A stretch of 64,000 nt of DNA from Pirellulales bacterium (GTDB taxonomy: Bacteria > Planctomycetota > Planctomycetia > Pirellulales > JADZDJ01), in the NCBI GenBank assembly GCA_963716135.1, contig OY970289.1, positions 33,634 through 97,633 on the forward strand, given 5' to 3'. The notes under the pieces were generated by a model. It saw only the letters and a list, made by a program, of their open reading frames with translations, was not told the DNA's origin and searched no databases. The translations under genes were made by a program, and so were the position numbers. Positions 1-9,817 of this stretch are shown here, piece after piece; position 1 is the stretch's first letter, and each line of letters begins with the position of its first letter.

Positions 1-202
1 CGCGCTGGCTCAGGCCGGTACGTTTGAAGTATTCATCGACGCGCTTTCGCAGCGTCGGATAGAAAGCGTCTTCCGCGCCAAACTTCAATTGGCCGGGCGC
101 TGCCTGCGGGCGTGCGCTTCGCTGTCCGTTTGCGCTTGCGGCACGCGCGAGGCTTGGCGCCGGCATCGATTTGAAATGGATGACATTATCCATTGAGTTC
201 AT
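1..202 (-). CDS. Probable acyl-CoA/fatty acid desaturase, 5' part only (runs off the window)
   Basis: Manual translation from ATG 202 gives ...LKFGAEDAFYPTLRKRVDEYFKRTGLSQR, matching the typical N-terminal 'F..L+.RVdeYF..G' segment of bacterial linoleoyl-CoA-type desaturases. The His boxes lie outside the window. Confidence 0.6.
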   Translation of the reverse strand, partial: MNSMDNVIHFKSMPAPSLARAASANGQRSARPQAAPGQLKFGAEDAFYPTLRKRVDEYFKRTGLSQR

Positions 203-309
203 GCCGCCCGTTTGCCGGCAGTCGCGAAACATTGGCAGCGCATAAAATCCGACCTTGCGGAGTGCGGCTCATGTTCGATCTGCGACGACTTCGGACGGTT
301 TACTCCGTG

Positions 310-456
310 CTAGACGGCTCTGCGGCCTTGTAGCAAATTGACGATCAACACAATGACGGCAATTACCAAAAGAATGTGCACTAATGGCCCAGCTATGCCG
401 AATCCGAGTCCCAAAGCCCACATCAGCAACAAGACAACTAAAAGGGTCCACAACAT
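310..456 (-). CDS. lmo0937-family (DUF5670-like) small membrane protein, 48 aa
   Basis: Not in the ORF track. GGAGGTG RBS precedes MLWTLLVVLLLMWALGLGFGIAGPLVHILLVIAVIVLIVNLLQGRRAV*, matching the family pattern MLW...W.LG...G.lIHILLV.A...GRR. Confidence 0.85.
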   Translation of the reverse strand: MLWTLLVVLLLMWALGLGFGIAGPLVHILLVIAVIVLIVNLLQGRRAV

Positions 457-480
457 ACGTCACCTCCAAAAGCGAAAAGA

Positions 481-590
481 AACCAACAAAAAAACCGACG
501 TGGCCGAACACCCTGGGGTGGTCAACCACGTCGGTTTACTCTTTAACAAGCCCCGGCCTAGAGCCGGCTGCTCTTTATCTAGTCTTCCGA
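481..590 (-). promoter_or_regulatory. Conserved structured leader/attenuator RNA, copy A (ends in an intrinsic terminator)
   Basis: Close homolog of 3210-3322 with compensatory changes. Long hairpin ACCGACGTGG...CCACGTCGGT plus a U tract lies ~25 nt upstream of the 310-456 start. Confidence 0.75.
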
Positions 591-656
591 CAAGCTTGCA
601 ATTAATCATACCCCGTGAAACAGGACAATTCAAGCTGCCGACGGCTTTTTGAACTA

Positions 657-2206
657 TCAATCGGCTTTCTTAACCGCCGTGAATACGTCGAGCAGCGTCT
701 GGAGCTTCACCGGCTTGACGAAGTGATGATCAAAACCGGTCTCTTGATGACGTCGGCGATCTGCCTCGCTAGGTGTAAAGCCGCTCAAAGCGCACAGGAC
801 GGTGTTCTGGAATTCCGGCTTCTCTCGTAAGCGCCGCGCGACCTCGTGCCCATCCATGCCGGGCAACCCAATGTCCAGTAGCACGACGTTTGGATGAAAA
901 TCGGACGCCATTTCCAGAGCCGTGGGTCCAGTGCGGGCCACCAAGACTTCATTGCCATGAAGGCGCAACAGCATACTCAAACTATCGGCTGAATCGACGT
1001 TGTCTTCCACCACCATGATCCGCAGGCCGGGGGCAGCGTGCTGAATCTTCTCGACGGCCACCCGGGTTTCCTGTCCTGATATCGCTGGCAAGGCAGGCAG
1101 TCGGACTGTGAATTTGCAGCCTTTATTCAGACCGTCGCTGTGGGCGTGTATGGTTCCGTCGTGCATTTCGACCAGGTTGCGCACCAAAGCCAAACCAATG
1201 CCCAATCCGCCTTCCGAGCGACCGAGCGTGCCGTTCACCTGCGCGAACAGGTCGAACACGTGTGGCAACATCTCCGGAGGTATGCCCAGACCATTGTCCC
1301 AAATTGTCACGACGGCTTCGTCTTTTTCTCGATAAACATTGATGCGTAGAAGGCCGCCCGGATTGGTGTACTTGGCCGCATTGTTAAGCAGATTCACGAA
1401 AATCTGCTCCAGCCGAACGGGATCGGCATCTACCCAAACAGGTTCCACCGGCAGAGAAATAGAGAGATCGTGTTTGCGCATCGATCAGTATACGCACATC
1501 GTCGGCGGCGCAATTGACCACGGCCCGTAATTCCACTTGCACTTTGCGTAACCGCAGCTTGCCTTTGGTGATTCGACCGACATCCAGGAGGTCGTCCACA
1601 AGGCGCACCATTTGGCCCACCTGGCGTTCGATAATATCTGCTGCCTGCTGCAAAATGGGGTCGTCGGTCTTAATCTGACGTTGGATATTTAGTGCATTAA
1701 CAATCGGGGACAAGGGGCTGCGCAGCTCGTGGGCCAACAGGGCCATGAATCCCTCCTGGCTCTGGTTGGCGCGTGCCAAATCATCCGCCCGCTTCCGCTG
1801 GGCGTCTTGCGCAGCTTTCCGTGAGGTCGTGCGTGACCCGCGCGAAAGACCAGATCTGCTGGCTCTCGTTGAGCAACGGTGTGATGGTTGTCCGGCACCA
1901 AAACCGAGTTCCATCCTTTCGAAGCTGCCAGAGATCGTTGTGTGCCTGATTCCCCGCCAACGCCGTTCTGAGTTCCTGCTCGGGCCGGCCGGCGCGAATA
2001 TCGTCTGGCGAAAAGAGGAGAGAAAAATGCTTTCCGACGATTTCCTGGGACTGGTAACCAAAGCTCCGTTCCGCTCCCGGGTTCCAACACAGCACGTGTC
2101 CGTCCGATCCGACTAGCACGACGGCGTACTCCGTGGCATCCGCCGCCAGCAGATCAAACCGCTCGTCGATTTTTTCGAGTACCGAAATTGTGTCTTCCAT
2201 TGGCAT
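657..2206 (-). CDS. PAS-domain hybrid sensor histidine kinase/response regulator (two indels, ~1810 and ~1478)
   Basis: PAS (WNPGAERSFGY; RKDGTRFW), HisKA (AHELRSPL), HATPase (NLLNNAAKYT, DNGLGI, GGLGIGL) and receiver (VEDN, LLDIGLPGMDG) are spread over three overlapping ORFs. Confidence 0.9.
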
Positions 2207-2251
2207 AGTTTCCGCCTTTCTTTCCGACCGGCGCGGATCCTTCGGCGCAGG

Positions 2252-2625
2252 TTAAACGATTCCAGCGAACGGCATGATGTCGAGTGCGTTCATCTGACGG
2301 ACAAGCAACTGCAATTCACCCCCGTTGCGAGGTAGGTCCGCTTTTGAGAATTGCTCGGCAAGCGATTCTAGCTCCGCAGCAATTTCAGGTATTTCTCGAG
2401 CACGTTCACTCCAGTGCCAGATGGAGGCGATGAGCGTCATCGCTCCCAAATCTTGAAACAGCCCATTGTCCGCTTCCGCTCGCTGAACCACGCGCTGCAT
2501 GTGCGCCGGAAAGGCATCGGAAAAACGTCGGCCTGTACGGTTCCAGCGAAATGACCGGTCGTTAAGCCAGCCGTCTCGGTGGACGGCATTCTACGCATCA
2601 ATACTTTTTCAGTGGTTGTGGACAC
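2252..2625 (-). CDS. Hypothetical protein (two overlapping ORFs, probably one gene with an indel ~2520)
   Basis: AGGAAAGGAAA RBS before GTG 2625. ORFs 2437-2625 and 2252-2500 join across a T homopolymer. No recognised domain. Confidence 0.45.
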
Positions 2626-2879
2626 GCGTGTTTCCTTTCCTATAAATGGTGTCGAGATGTCTTTGCTGTCTCTTCGGCCACTTTGTTGGATATAAGGCGC
2701 TGTCCCCAGCCGCTGACGCGGCTTCTCGGTTGCATTTCAACACGACTGAGGACAGACGCCGCAAACCGATCAACGAGAAGCACTATTTTGATTTCAGATG
2801 CGCCCCTGGGAACTGGACTTATCTGTTGTTATCCGCGAGTGATTTCCAACTTGCCAATTGATTCGACGCACGAGGCACG

Positions 2880-3113
2880 CTACCGCAAAGGCGATGGCGG
2901 GACTTGTGTCCGGCGGTCCAGTGCGCCATTGCCATTGCCATTGATTCGGTCCCAGATTTCCAGTCGATGGACCGGAACATCGGCATCGACTTCGAAACCC
3001 AGTCGAACTTTTCCGCCCCGAATATCCAGCACCGTGACTTTCAGCAGGCGGCTAAAGCCATTGGATCCACCGACCACCACCGATTCCCGATTTTTCCGCG
3101 ACAAAACTAACAT
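2880..3113 (-). CDS. csrA: Carbon storage regulator CsrA/RsmA (variant with loop insertion)
   Basis: MLVLSRKNRESVVVG...VTVLDIRGGKVRLGFEVDADVPVHRLEI; GGAG RBS upstream of ATG 3113. Confidence 0.9.
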   Translation of the reverse strand: MLVLSRKNRESVVVGGSNGFSRLLKVTVLDIRGGKVRLGFEVDADVPVHRLEIWDRINGNGNGALDRRTQVPPSPLR

Positions 3114-3209
3114 GGGTAATTCTCCGGTTGCACGATTCATTCCCCTTGTCGAACTCGGCTGCAATCTTCCGCAGGTACGCTCCGAGCGAACGTCGTTACC
3201 TTCCGCGAA

Positions 3210-3322
3210 AACCAATAAAAAAACCGATGTGGCCGACCACCCTGAGGTGATCGACCACATCGGTTTACTTTTTAACGAACCTCCCGGCACGTCGCCGGGC
3301 TGCTCTTTATATAGTCATCCGA
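3210..3322 (-). promoter_or_regulatory. Conserved structured leader/attenuator RNA, copy B, upstream of csrA
   Basis: GATGACTATATAAAGAGCAG-CCCGGC(gacgt)GCCGGG-AGGTTC...AAACCGATGTGGTCGATCACC(tcag)GGTGGTCGGCCACATCGGTTTTTTT; homologous to 481-590. Confidence 0.75.
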
Positions 3323-3388
3323 AAACCGCACTACAAACTTCTTCGCGGAGCAAACCATCGATTTGGTTTTAACTCCACTGCAACACGC

Positions 3389-3405
3389 AGCATATCACGT
3401 GCCGA
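3389..3405 (-). promoter_or_regulatory. Putative sigma-54 (-24/-12) promoter for leader B and csrA
   Basis: TCGGCACGTGATATGCT has exact GG-N10-GC spacing and lies ~65 nt upstream of the leader. Confidence 0.5.
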
Positions 3406-3493
3406 GCAGAATACAAGGCCTAATCATTGCTTCGCGCTCGATTTATTCAGTTTAATTGCCGAGAAGTGAGAATCCTGTTTGCAGAAACCCATG

Positions 3494-3970
3494 CTAGCGC
3501 TTCGGTCGCCAGCGCCCGACGCGCCCACAGTAAACCTGATAGTCGTTGCCGAACGTTTGCCGAAGCGTCGGCTCTTCGTAAATGACAACGAAACCATGCG
3601 TGACGAGAAGGAATAACACCGCGTAGCCTAATAGCGGAACGGACTGGTAACACAGCGCCGCTCCAGCAAGCGCCAGAGCTGCGCCGAGATACATCGGATT
3701 GCGCACGAATCGATAGGGACCCCGAACCACCAGCCGCCGCGGCGGGTCGAACGGCGCCGGCGTGCCATGGCCGAGAATCGCAAATGTCAGAATGCACCAC
3801 AATGCAATTGCGGCGCCCACGCCGGTCACCATCATCCCGACGACCTGCCACAAGCCAATGATCGGAATTGGCGCGATGCCAGTCCACGACAACACCCGGG
3901 CCGGAAGAAAAACCAGCAGCACGCCAATGAACAGCGAAGAGTAGGTGATGGCGCGGATCAGAACCCACAT
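3494..3970 (-). CDS. Isoprenylcysteine carboxylmethyltransferase/PEMT family membrane protein
   Basis: GTPAPFDPPRRLVVRGPYRFVRNPMY and EEPTLRQTFGNDYQVYC..V.RW motifs, with TM segments. Confidence 0.9.
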   Translation of the reverse strand: MWVLIRAITYSSLFIGVLLVFLPARVLSWTGIAPIPIIGLWQVVGMMVTGVGAAIALWCILTFAILGHGTPAPFDPPRRLVVRGPYRFVRNPMYLGAALALAGAALCYQSVPLLGYAVLFLLVTHGFVVIYEEPTLRQTFGNDYQVYCGRVGRWRPKR

Positions 3971-4096
3971 GTCGGAATCCTCTAATCGTTAGTCTGTTGG
4001 CGCTGCCGGATGGCTCGATTATTATGGCAACACCGTGACTGGTATGCTCTGGAATTTGAGAATTTTGTACAATGCGGAGTAGTCGATAAGCGATGC

Positions 4097-4125
4097 TTGG
4101 AATAGGTGCAACCGACCATTATGAT
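4097..4125 (+). promoter_or_regulatory. Putative sigma-70 promoter of the DUF2294 gene
   Basis: TTGGAA-N17-TATGAT ending 22 nt before ATG 4148. Confidence 0.4.
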
Positions 4126-4147
4126 TTTGTCTCGGCAGAGGCCCGAC

Positions 4148-4528
4148 ATGAAGACTCAAGGCGAAATCGAAGCTGCAATCTGCGCAGGAATTACGCAATT
4201 TGAGCAGCACTACATGGGTCGCGGACCGAAATCGATTCATGCCCATCTGATCGGCGATCTGCTGGTCGTCCGCCTGCAGGGTGTGTTGACGGCTGCAGAG
4301 CAACAACTTGTTAAATCGCTACCGTCCGAGAAGGGAAGAGATCTGCTGAAGCAAGTGCGCACCCACCTGGTTGAAACCGCGCGACCGGTGATGGAAACCA
4401 TGATCGAAGAGGTAACCGGGGTTAAGGTGTTGAGCCTGCACCAAGACATCAGCACCACGACCGGCGAAGAACTGGTTGTCTTCACCCTCGCCGAAGCGCC
4501 TCATTACCGCGAAGGCAGTAATAAATAG
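4148..4528 (+). CDS. DUF2294 / MpsC-family protein
   Basis: MKTQGEIEAAI...YMGRGPKSI...VVRLQGVLTAAEQQL...GRDLLKQVR...SLHQDISTTTGEELVVFTL is the family signature. Confidence 0.9.
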   Translation: MKTQGEIEAAICAGITQFEQHYMGRGPKSIHAHLIGDLLVVRLQGVLTAAEQQLVKSLPSEKGRDLLKQVRTHLVETARPVMETMIEEVTGVKVLSLHQDISTTTGEELVVFTLAEAPHYREGSNK

Positions 4529-4592
4529 CATTCCGATCTTTTAGGTTCGGTCCGCTGTTTGAGAGCGACGTTGTGCCGTTGCGCGAAGTTGG

Positions 4593-6563
4593 TTACGGAC
4601 GCGGCATGCCCGTGCTGCTCAACTCCGTCGGGCCCTGCACGCCGGCGACGATCGGTTGATTGGCCACGCTGAAGCCGGTGATGAGCCAACCATCGTCCAA
4701 GCTAGTGACGACCGTGCCCGCCGGGCCGAAGTAGTGGCGCACCACGTCGAAGGCCGGCAGCGTGTGGCCGTCGATTTTTTGCTTGCGCGGCATGCCGTCT
4801 TTGCTGTCCCCCATCGCGGAGTTCAGAAATTTCGCCAGCAGTGTTTCGGACTGCGGCATCTGCCCCGTGCGAATCAATTCATAAGTCGCGCGGAATGCCA
4901 AATCGGTGCGCGAAAACGCGCGAATGCTGATCGGCCCGCTTTCCAGCCCGGTGGCCTGCTGCGCGATCAAACGGAAATCGGCCGATTGGTTCAGGTTGCT
5001 CCCGCTCTTGGCTTGCAGCAGCACTTTTTGCAGCAGGTCCATGTGCGAGGAGAGGAACAAGTGCCCCTGCGCCACGCAGATGGTGCGGGTCGGCAGGAAA
5101 TGCTCGTCTTGTCCTAGGCGCTTCGTGGCCGGGTCGCTATCGGCGTGCGTGAGGTCGGCGCCGGGAGTTTCGATCTCCAGCTTCGGCACTTCGCTTACGG
5201 AATCCACTTGCTCCCAAATCACAAAGCCTTCGAACTCGCGCCGCCGCACATCCTTGTCGCTCGACATCAGCCGCCCGATGGTGTCGGCCACCGCCGCCTC
5301 GTCGGTCACTTCGATCACGAATACTTTGCGTTCGCTCTTGGGGCCGATCGGCAGCACGTTGTCCGCGATGATCGTGACGCGATGCCCCAATTTCGCCACC
5401 AAATTCTTTTCAATGTCGACTTTCGGCCCGTCGGGATCGTCGCGCAGACTTTCCACCACGTCGCGGAACACGCCCTTTTCGCCGATCACGTCGTCCACCA
5501 GCGATTCCGCCGCCGCGTAGGCCGTTTGCACGTCCCAATTCAGCGAGATGTACGTGGCGACGTCGCTGGGAATCCAGGCTTGGGCGCCAAATCGCCGCCT
5601 GCGGGGAATCGCAGCATGCGCGCCGCCAGATTGTATTTGTCGATGCTCTTCGGATCGCGACCCGCCAGCGGCGGTGCATAGATCATCGTGCGGTGCACCA
5701 ATTCGTATTTATCGGTCGCGAAATCCACAAAGCCGCCCACGCCCTGAATCGCGGTGAAGCCTTGATTGCGGAGCACTTTCAGCAAATCGGGCCCCTTGTG
5801 CTTGTCGCGCGGCGGCAAATCGACCCTGAGCGTTTCCACATAGCCGAACGGCTCGACGAACCATCGCAGGTTCGGCGCCGCTTCGCCCGAGACCGTCTGC
5901 AGATGCGCCATGATTTCGTGATACGCCTTCAGCGTGCGAAGCGAATCTTCCCGCCCCGAGGAAACCGCCGCCAGCATGCTCTCCAGCACCGCCGTGTTGT
6001 CGCCGGCGACCAGCAGATCGCCTTGCAGAAAATACGCAACCACCGGCGCCCGCTCCCGACCCGAATCGTTGGGCAGTTGGAAGGCGACAATCGGATCCCC
6101 CGCGGCGCGGCGAAATCGCTGCGCACCGTTGCGGGTTAGATGATCCGTGGCTTTGGCCACCAGCGCTTCGGCTTGCGCGATGGCCGGTCACGTCGATCAC
6201 CAGCACCAGCGCCACTTCGCCGGCCGCCGGCTGAATCACGGCCAGCGCCATCTCGCCGCCGGGCACTGCTTCCACATCCTGCCACGTCAAGCCGAACTGC
6301 TCGAGTTGTCGAAGTCCCGTCTGGCGAAGTTGCCCCTTGATGCTTTCGACAAACGGCTGCATCACCGGATCGTTGACCAGTTGCCCCCATTGCGAGCGCT
6401 TGAAATGATCGACCAGTTGCCCCAGGTCCGGCACACAGACATAGCCTTTGGTGGTGGCCGGCAGTAAACTGTCCGACGACCGAGCAGCCAGAGCCTCCGA
6501 AACGGACCATGCAAAACAAATCGACGACGCCACCAGGCAAGCACTCAGCGAACGAACGATCAC
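4593..6563 (-). CDS. Secreted planctomycete hypothetical protein (DUF3352-like), indels ~6175 and ~5582
   Basis: Signal peptide followed by LLPATTKGYVCVPD...DPVMQPF; three consecutive ORFs join into one ~655-aa frame. Confidence 0.75.
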
Positions 6564-6924
6564 AGATGGGTTCCTTGTTGTTAGCCGGCGGTCATGTCGG
6601 CCGGTCCGTTGTCAGTTGCAAAGGCTCCCGCGCTGGTCGAGTCAGACAACGCGCAGGGGCAAAGCGCAGCACGGACCGAGTGGGGCTTTTTCCTCTATCG
6701 TCGTGAACGCATGGCCTAACCTACGAGTGCACTTGATAATTCGCCAAGTTCCGAAGTCGTAAACTCCAACGAAGAATCGCCTCATGCCGCGAAAGCCAGT
6801 CGGCGCCGGACCGTCCGTTTGCAACGCCTAGTCAAACCGCACCGAGAATTCCCACAGTTCCACGGCTGACGGACGATCGATGGCCGGTTGGCAAGTCTCC
6901 GGAGGTCGTTGACCTCCGGCTAAT

Positions 6925-6973
6925 GGACTCTGAAACTAGCTCCGAATCCCCGAACCCTGACCCCTGACTCCTG
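6925..6973. repeat. Degenerate heptamer repeat (CCC(C/T)GA(A/C)-like) just before the HD gene
   Basis: ccccgaa ccctgac ccctgac tcctg. Confidence 0.5.
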
Positions 6974-6979
6974 CCGCAC

Positions 6980-8394
<1,415 letters not shown>

Positions 8395-8601
8395 CCGTTA
8401 CAATCGGCGCAAACGTTCGGCCTTCACGCGCCCAATGCCGCCGTGCGCCCGCAAATTCTGCCCAATTCAACAAATACGGCAAACCGCAAAAAACCATATT
8501 GTCGCGCGCAACCGGAACCCATAGCATGACTTTTGAAGGCGTCCGCCGAGTGGTCGTAGGGGGCGAAGCCGGCACGCAGGGCGTTTCTGACATAAGGTTG
8601 T

Positions 8602-9051
8602 ATGGACAGATTCTCCTCTACATTTCTGCATTCGCAGTACCACTCGGAGATAGCAACATGCTTACGCGCTGTATTGCGCGTAACTTGCGCACTTGCTACA
8701 GGGGCAGCCGTGGTTCACGCAGAAGAAGTGAAGAGTTTCAAAATCAATGAACTGCAGCCTGGCAGCAGGTTTCAATTCGCCACGGCCGACCACGTGTATC
8801 GGGCAGAGTTGGTCGATCCCACCACCGGCGAAACCCGCCTGGCCGCCTCGGCCGACGGTAGCCGGTTCAGCGAACCTCGCACCGTGTTTCTGCTGGGGGC
8901 CACCCAAGGCCGCCAGGCTCAAGCCGGTGGTCTGATGTTCGTTAAAATGAACCAGGTACAAACCGGCCTGCGCCTGGAATTGGGCGTCGGGTCATTGGAT
9001 GAACGCGATCGCACCGTGACCGAACCGGTGCAATCGATTCGGTTGAATTAG
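8602..9051 (+). CDS. Hypothetical, probably secreted protein (start uncertain)
   Basis: Open frame with AxA-type signal (AVVHA-EE), followed by a terminator. Confidence 0.6.
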   Translation: MDRFSSTFLHSQYHSEIATCLRAVLRVTCALATGAAVVHAEEVKSFKINELQPGSRFQFATADHVYRAELVDPTTGETRLAASADGSRFSEPRTVFLLGATQGRQAQAGGLMFVKMNQVQTGLRLELGVGSLDERDRTVTEPVQSIRLN

Positions 9052-9092
9052 CGTTGTTCGGTATCGAGTCCGCCATACCTTGGCACATGTGA

Positions 9093-9125
9093 AAGCCCGG
9101 GGGTGAAAGCCCCCGGGCTTTTTTT
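9093..9125 (+). terminator. Intrinsic terminator / REP-like hairpin, copy 1
   Basis: AAGCCCGGGGGT-GAAA-GCCCCCGGGCTT followed by a T run. Confidence 0.8.
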
Positions 9126-9320
9126 ATTGGACTCGCCAGAATCGTGCTGGTGGTGCGTTGACGATCACCAGAGTGTGGTCAGAAATTGGACACGCCGTCC
9201 ACAATCAAGCACCTTGGATAAATTCCTGCCAGGCTTTGCCGGCGTCCCGACCACAAATCCGCCGCAATTTACGGCCGATGCCGCTCGTAGCCCGTTCATA
9301 AATTTGTCTCTGGCGCGACG

Positions 9321-9336
9321 GGGCACGGCAATTGCA
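9321..9336 (+). promoter_or_regulatory. Putative sigma-54 promoter
   Basis: GGGCACGGCAATTGCA (GG-N10-GC, TTGCA) ~100 nt upstream of 9433. Confidence 0.55.
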
Positions 9337-9432
9337 TACTAATACCGCATCCCGGCCAAAATCCCACCCGCAGCCGGGCGCAACCCACTGTTCTCGGGTC
9401 AATCCCTCGTTTTTTGCGCAAGGAGAATTTGT

Positions 9433-9729
9433 ATGATGAAGTTTCTAGCAGCGATCGCGGTTGGCATGTTCCTGGTTGCAACCGTTCATCCCGTGTCCGC
9501 CGCCGATCAAATGACGCATGAAGGCACGGTCGTTTCCGCCGGCAACGGCAAGCTCGAAATGAAAGCCGACGATGGCCAGGATCACACGCACATGATCGAC
9601 TCCAGCGTTCAGATCATGGTGCATGGAAAATCCGGGAAGCTCGAAGACTTGAAGCCCGGAATGAAAATCCGCGTTACCACCGGCGCCGACGGCAAAGTGA
9701 CCGCGGTTTCAACCGTCGACACCAAGTAG
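9433..9729 (+). CDS. Small secreted His/Met-containing beta-barrel (CusF/DUF5666-like OB fold) protein
   Basis: AGGAGA RBS, signal peptide, HEGTVVS...DLKPGMKIRVT. Confidence 0.7.
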   Translation: MMKFLAAIAVGMFLVATVHPVSAADQMTHEGTVVSAGNGKLEMKADDGQDHTHMIDSSVQIMVHGKSGKLEDLKPGMKIRVTTGADGKVTAVSTVDTK

Positions 9730-9768
9730 CGTCTCGAATCGCGTCTCGAAATAACGACGCGATACACC

Positions 9769-9804
9769 AAGCCCAGGGGTGAAAGCCCCTGGGCTTTTCT
9801 TTTT
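9769..9804 (+). terminator. Intrinsic terminator / REP-like hairpin, copy 2
   Basis: AAGCCCAGGGGT-GAAA-GCCCCTGGGCTT plus T-rich tail, between convergent genes. Confidence 0.75.
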
Positions 9805-9817
9805 GCGCCGATCCCTC

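Noticed and set aside
338-652. ORFs sharing the peptide TNKKTDVA.HP.V..H.GLLFN (also in 2683-3372)
   Set aside because: These are antisense translations of the conserved leader RNA. The nucleotide changes preserve base-pairing rather than indicating a coding gene.
2206-2645. GGA motifs at the RBSs downstream of csrA as CsrA sites
   Set aside because: They cannot be distinguished from ordinary Shine-Dalgarno sequences without binding data.
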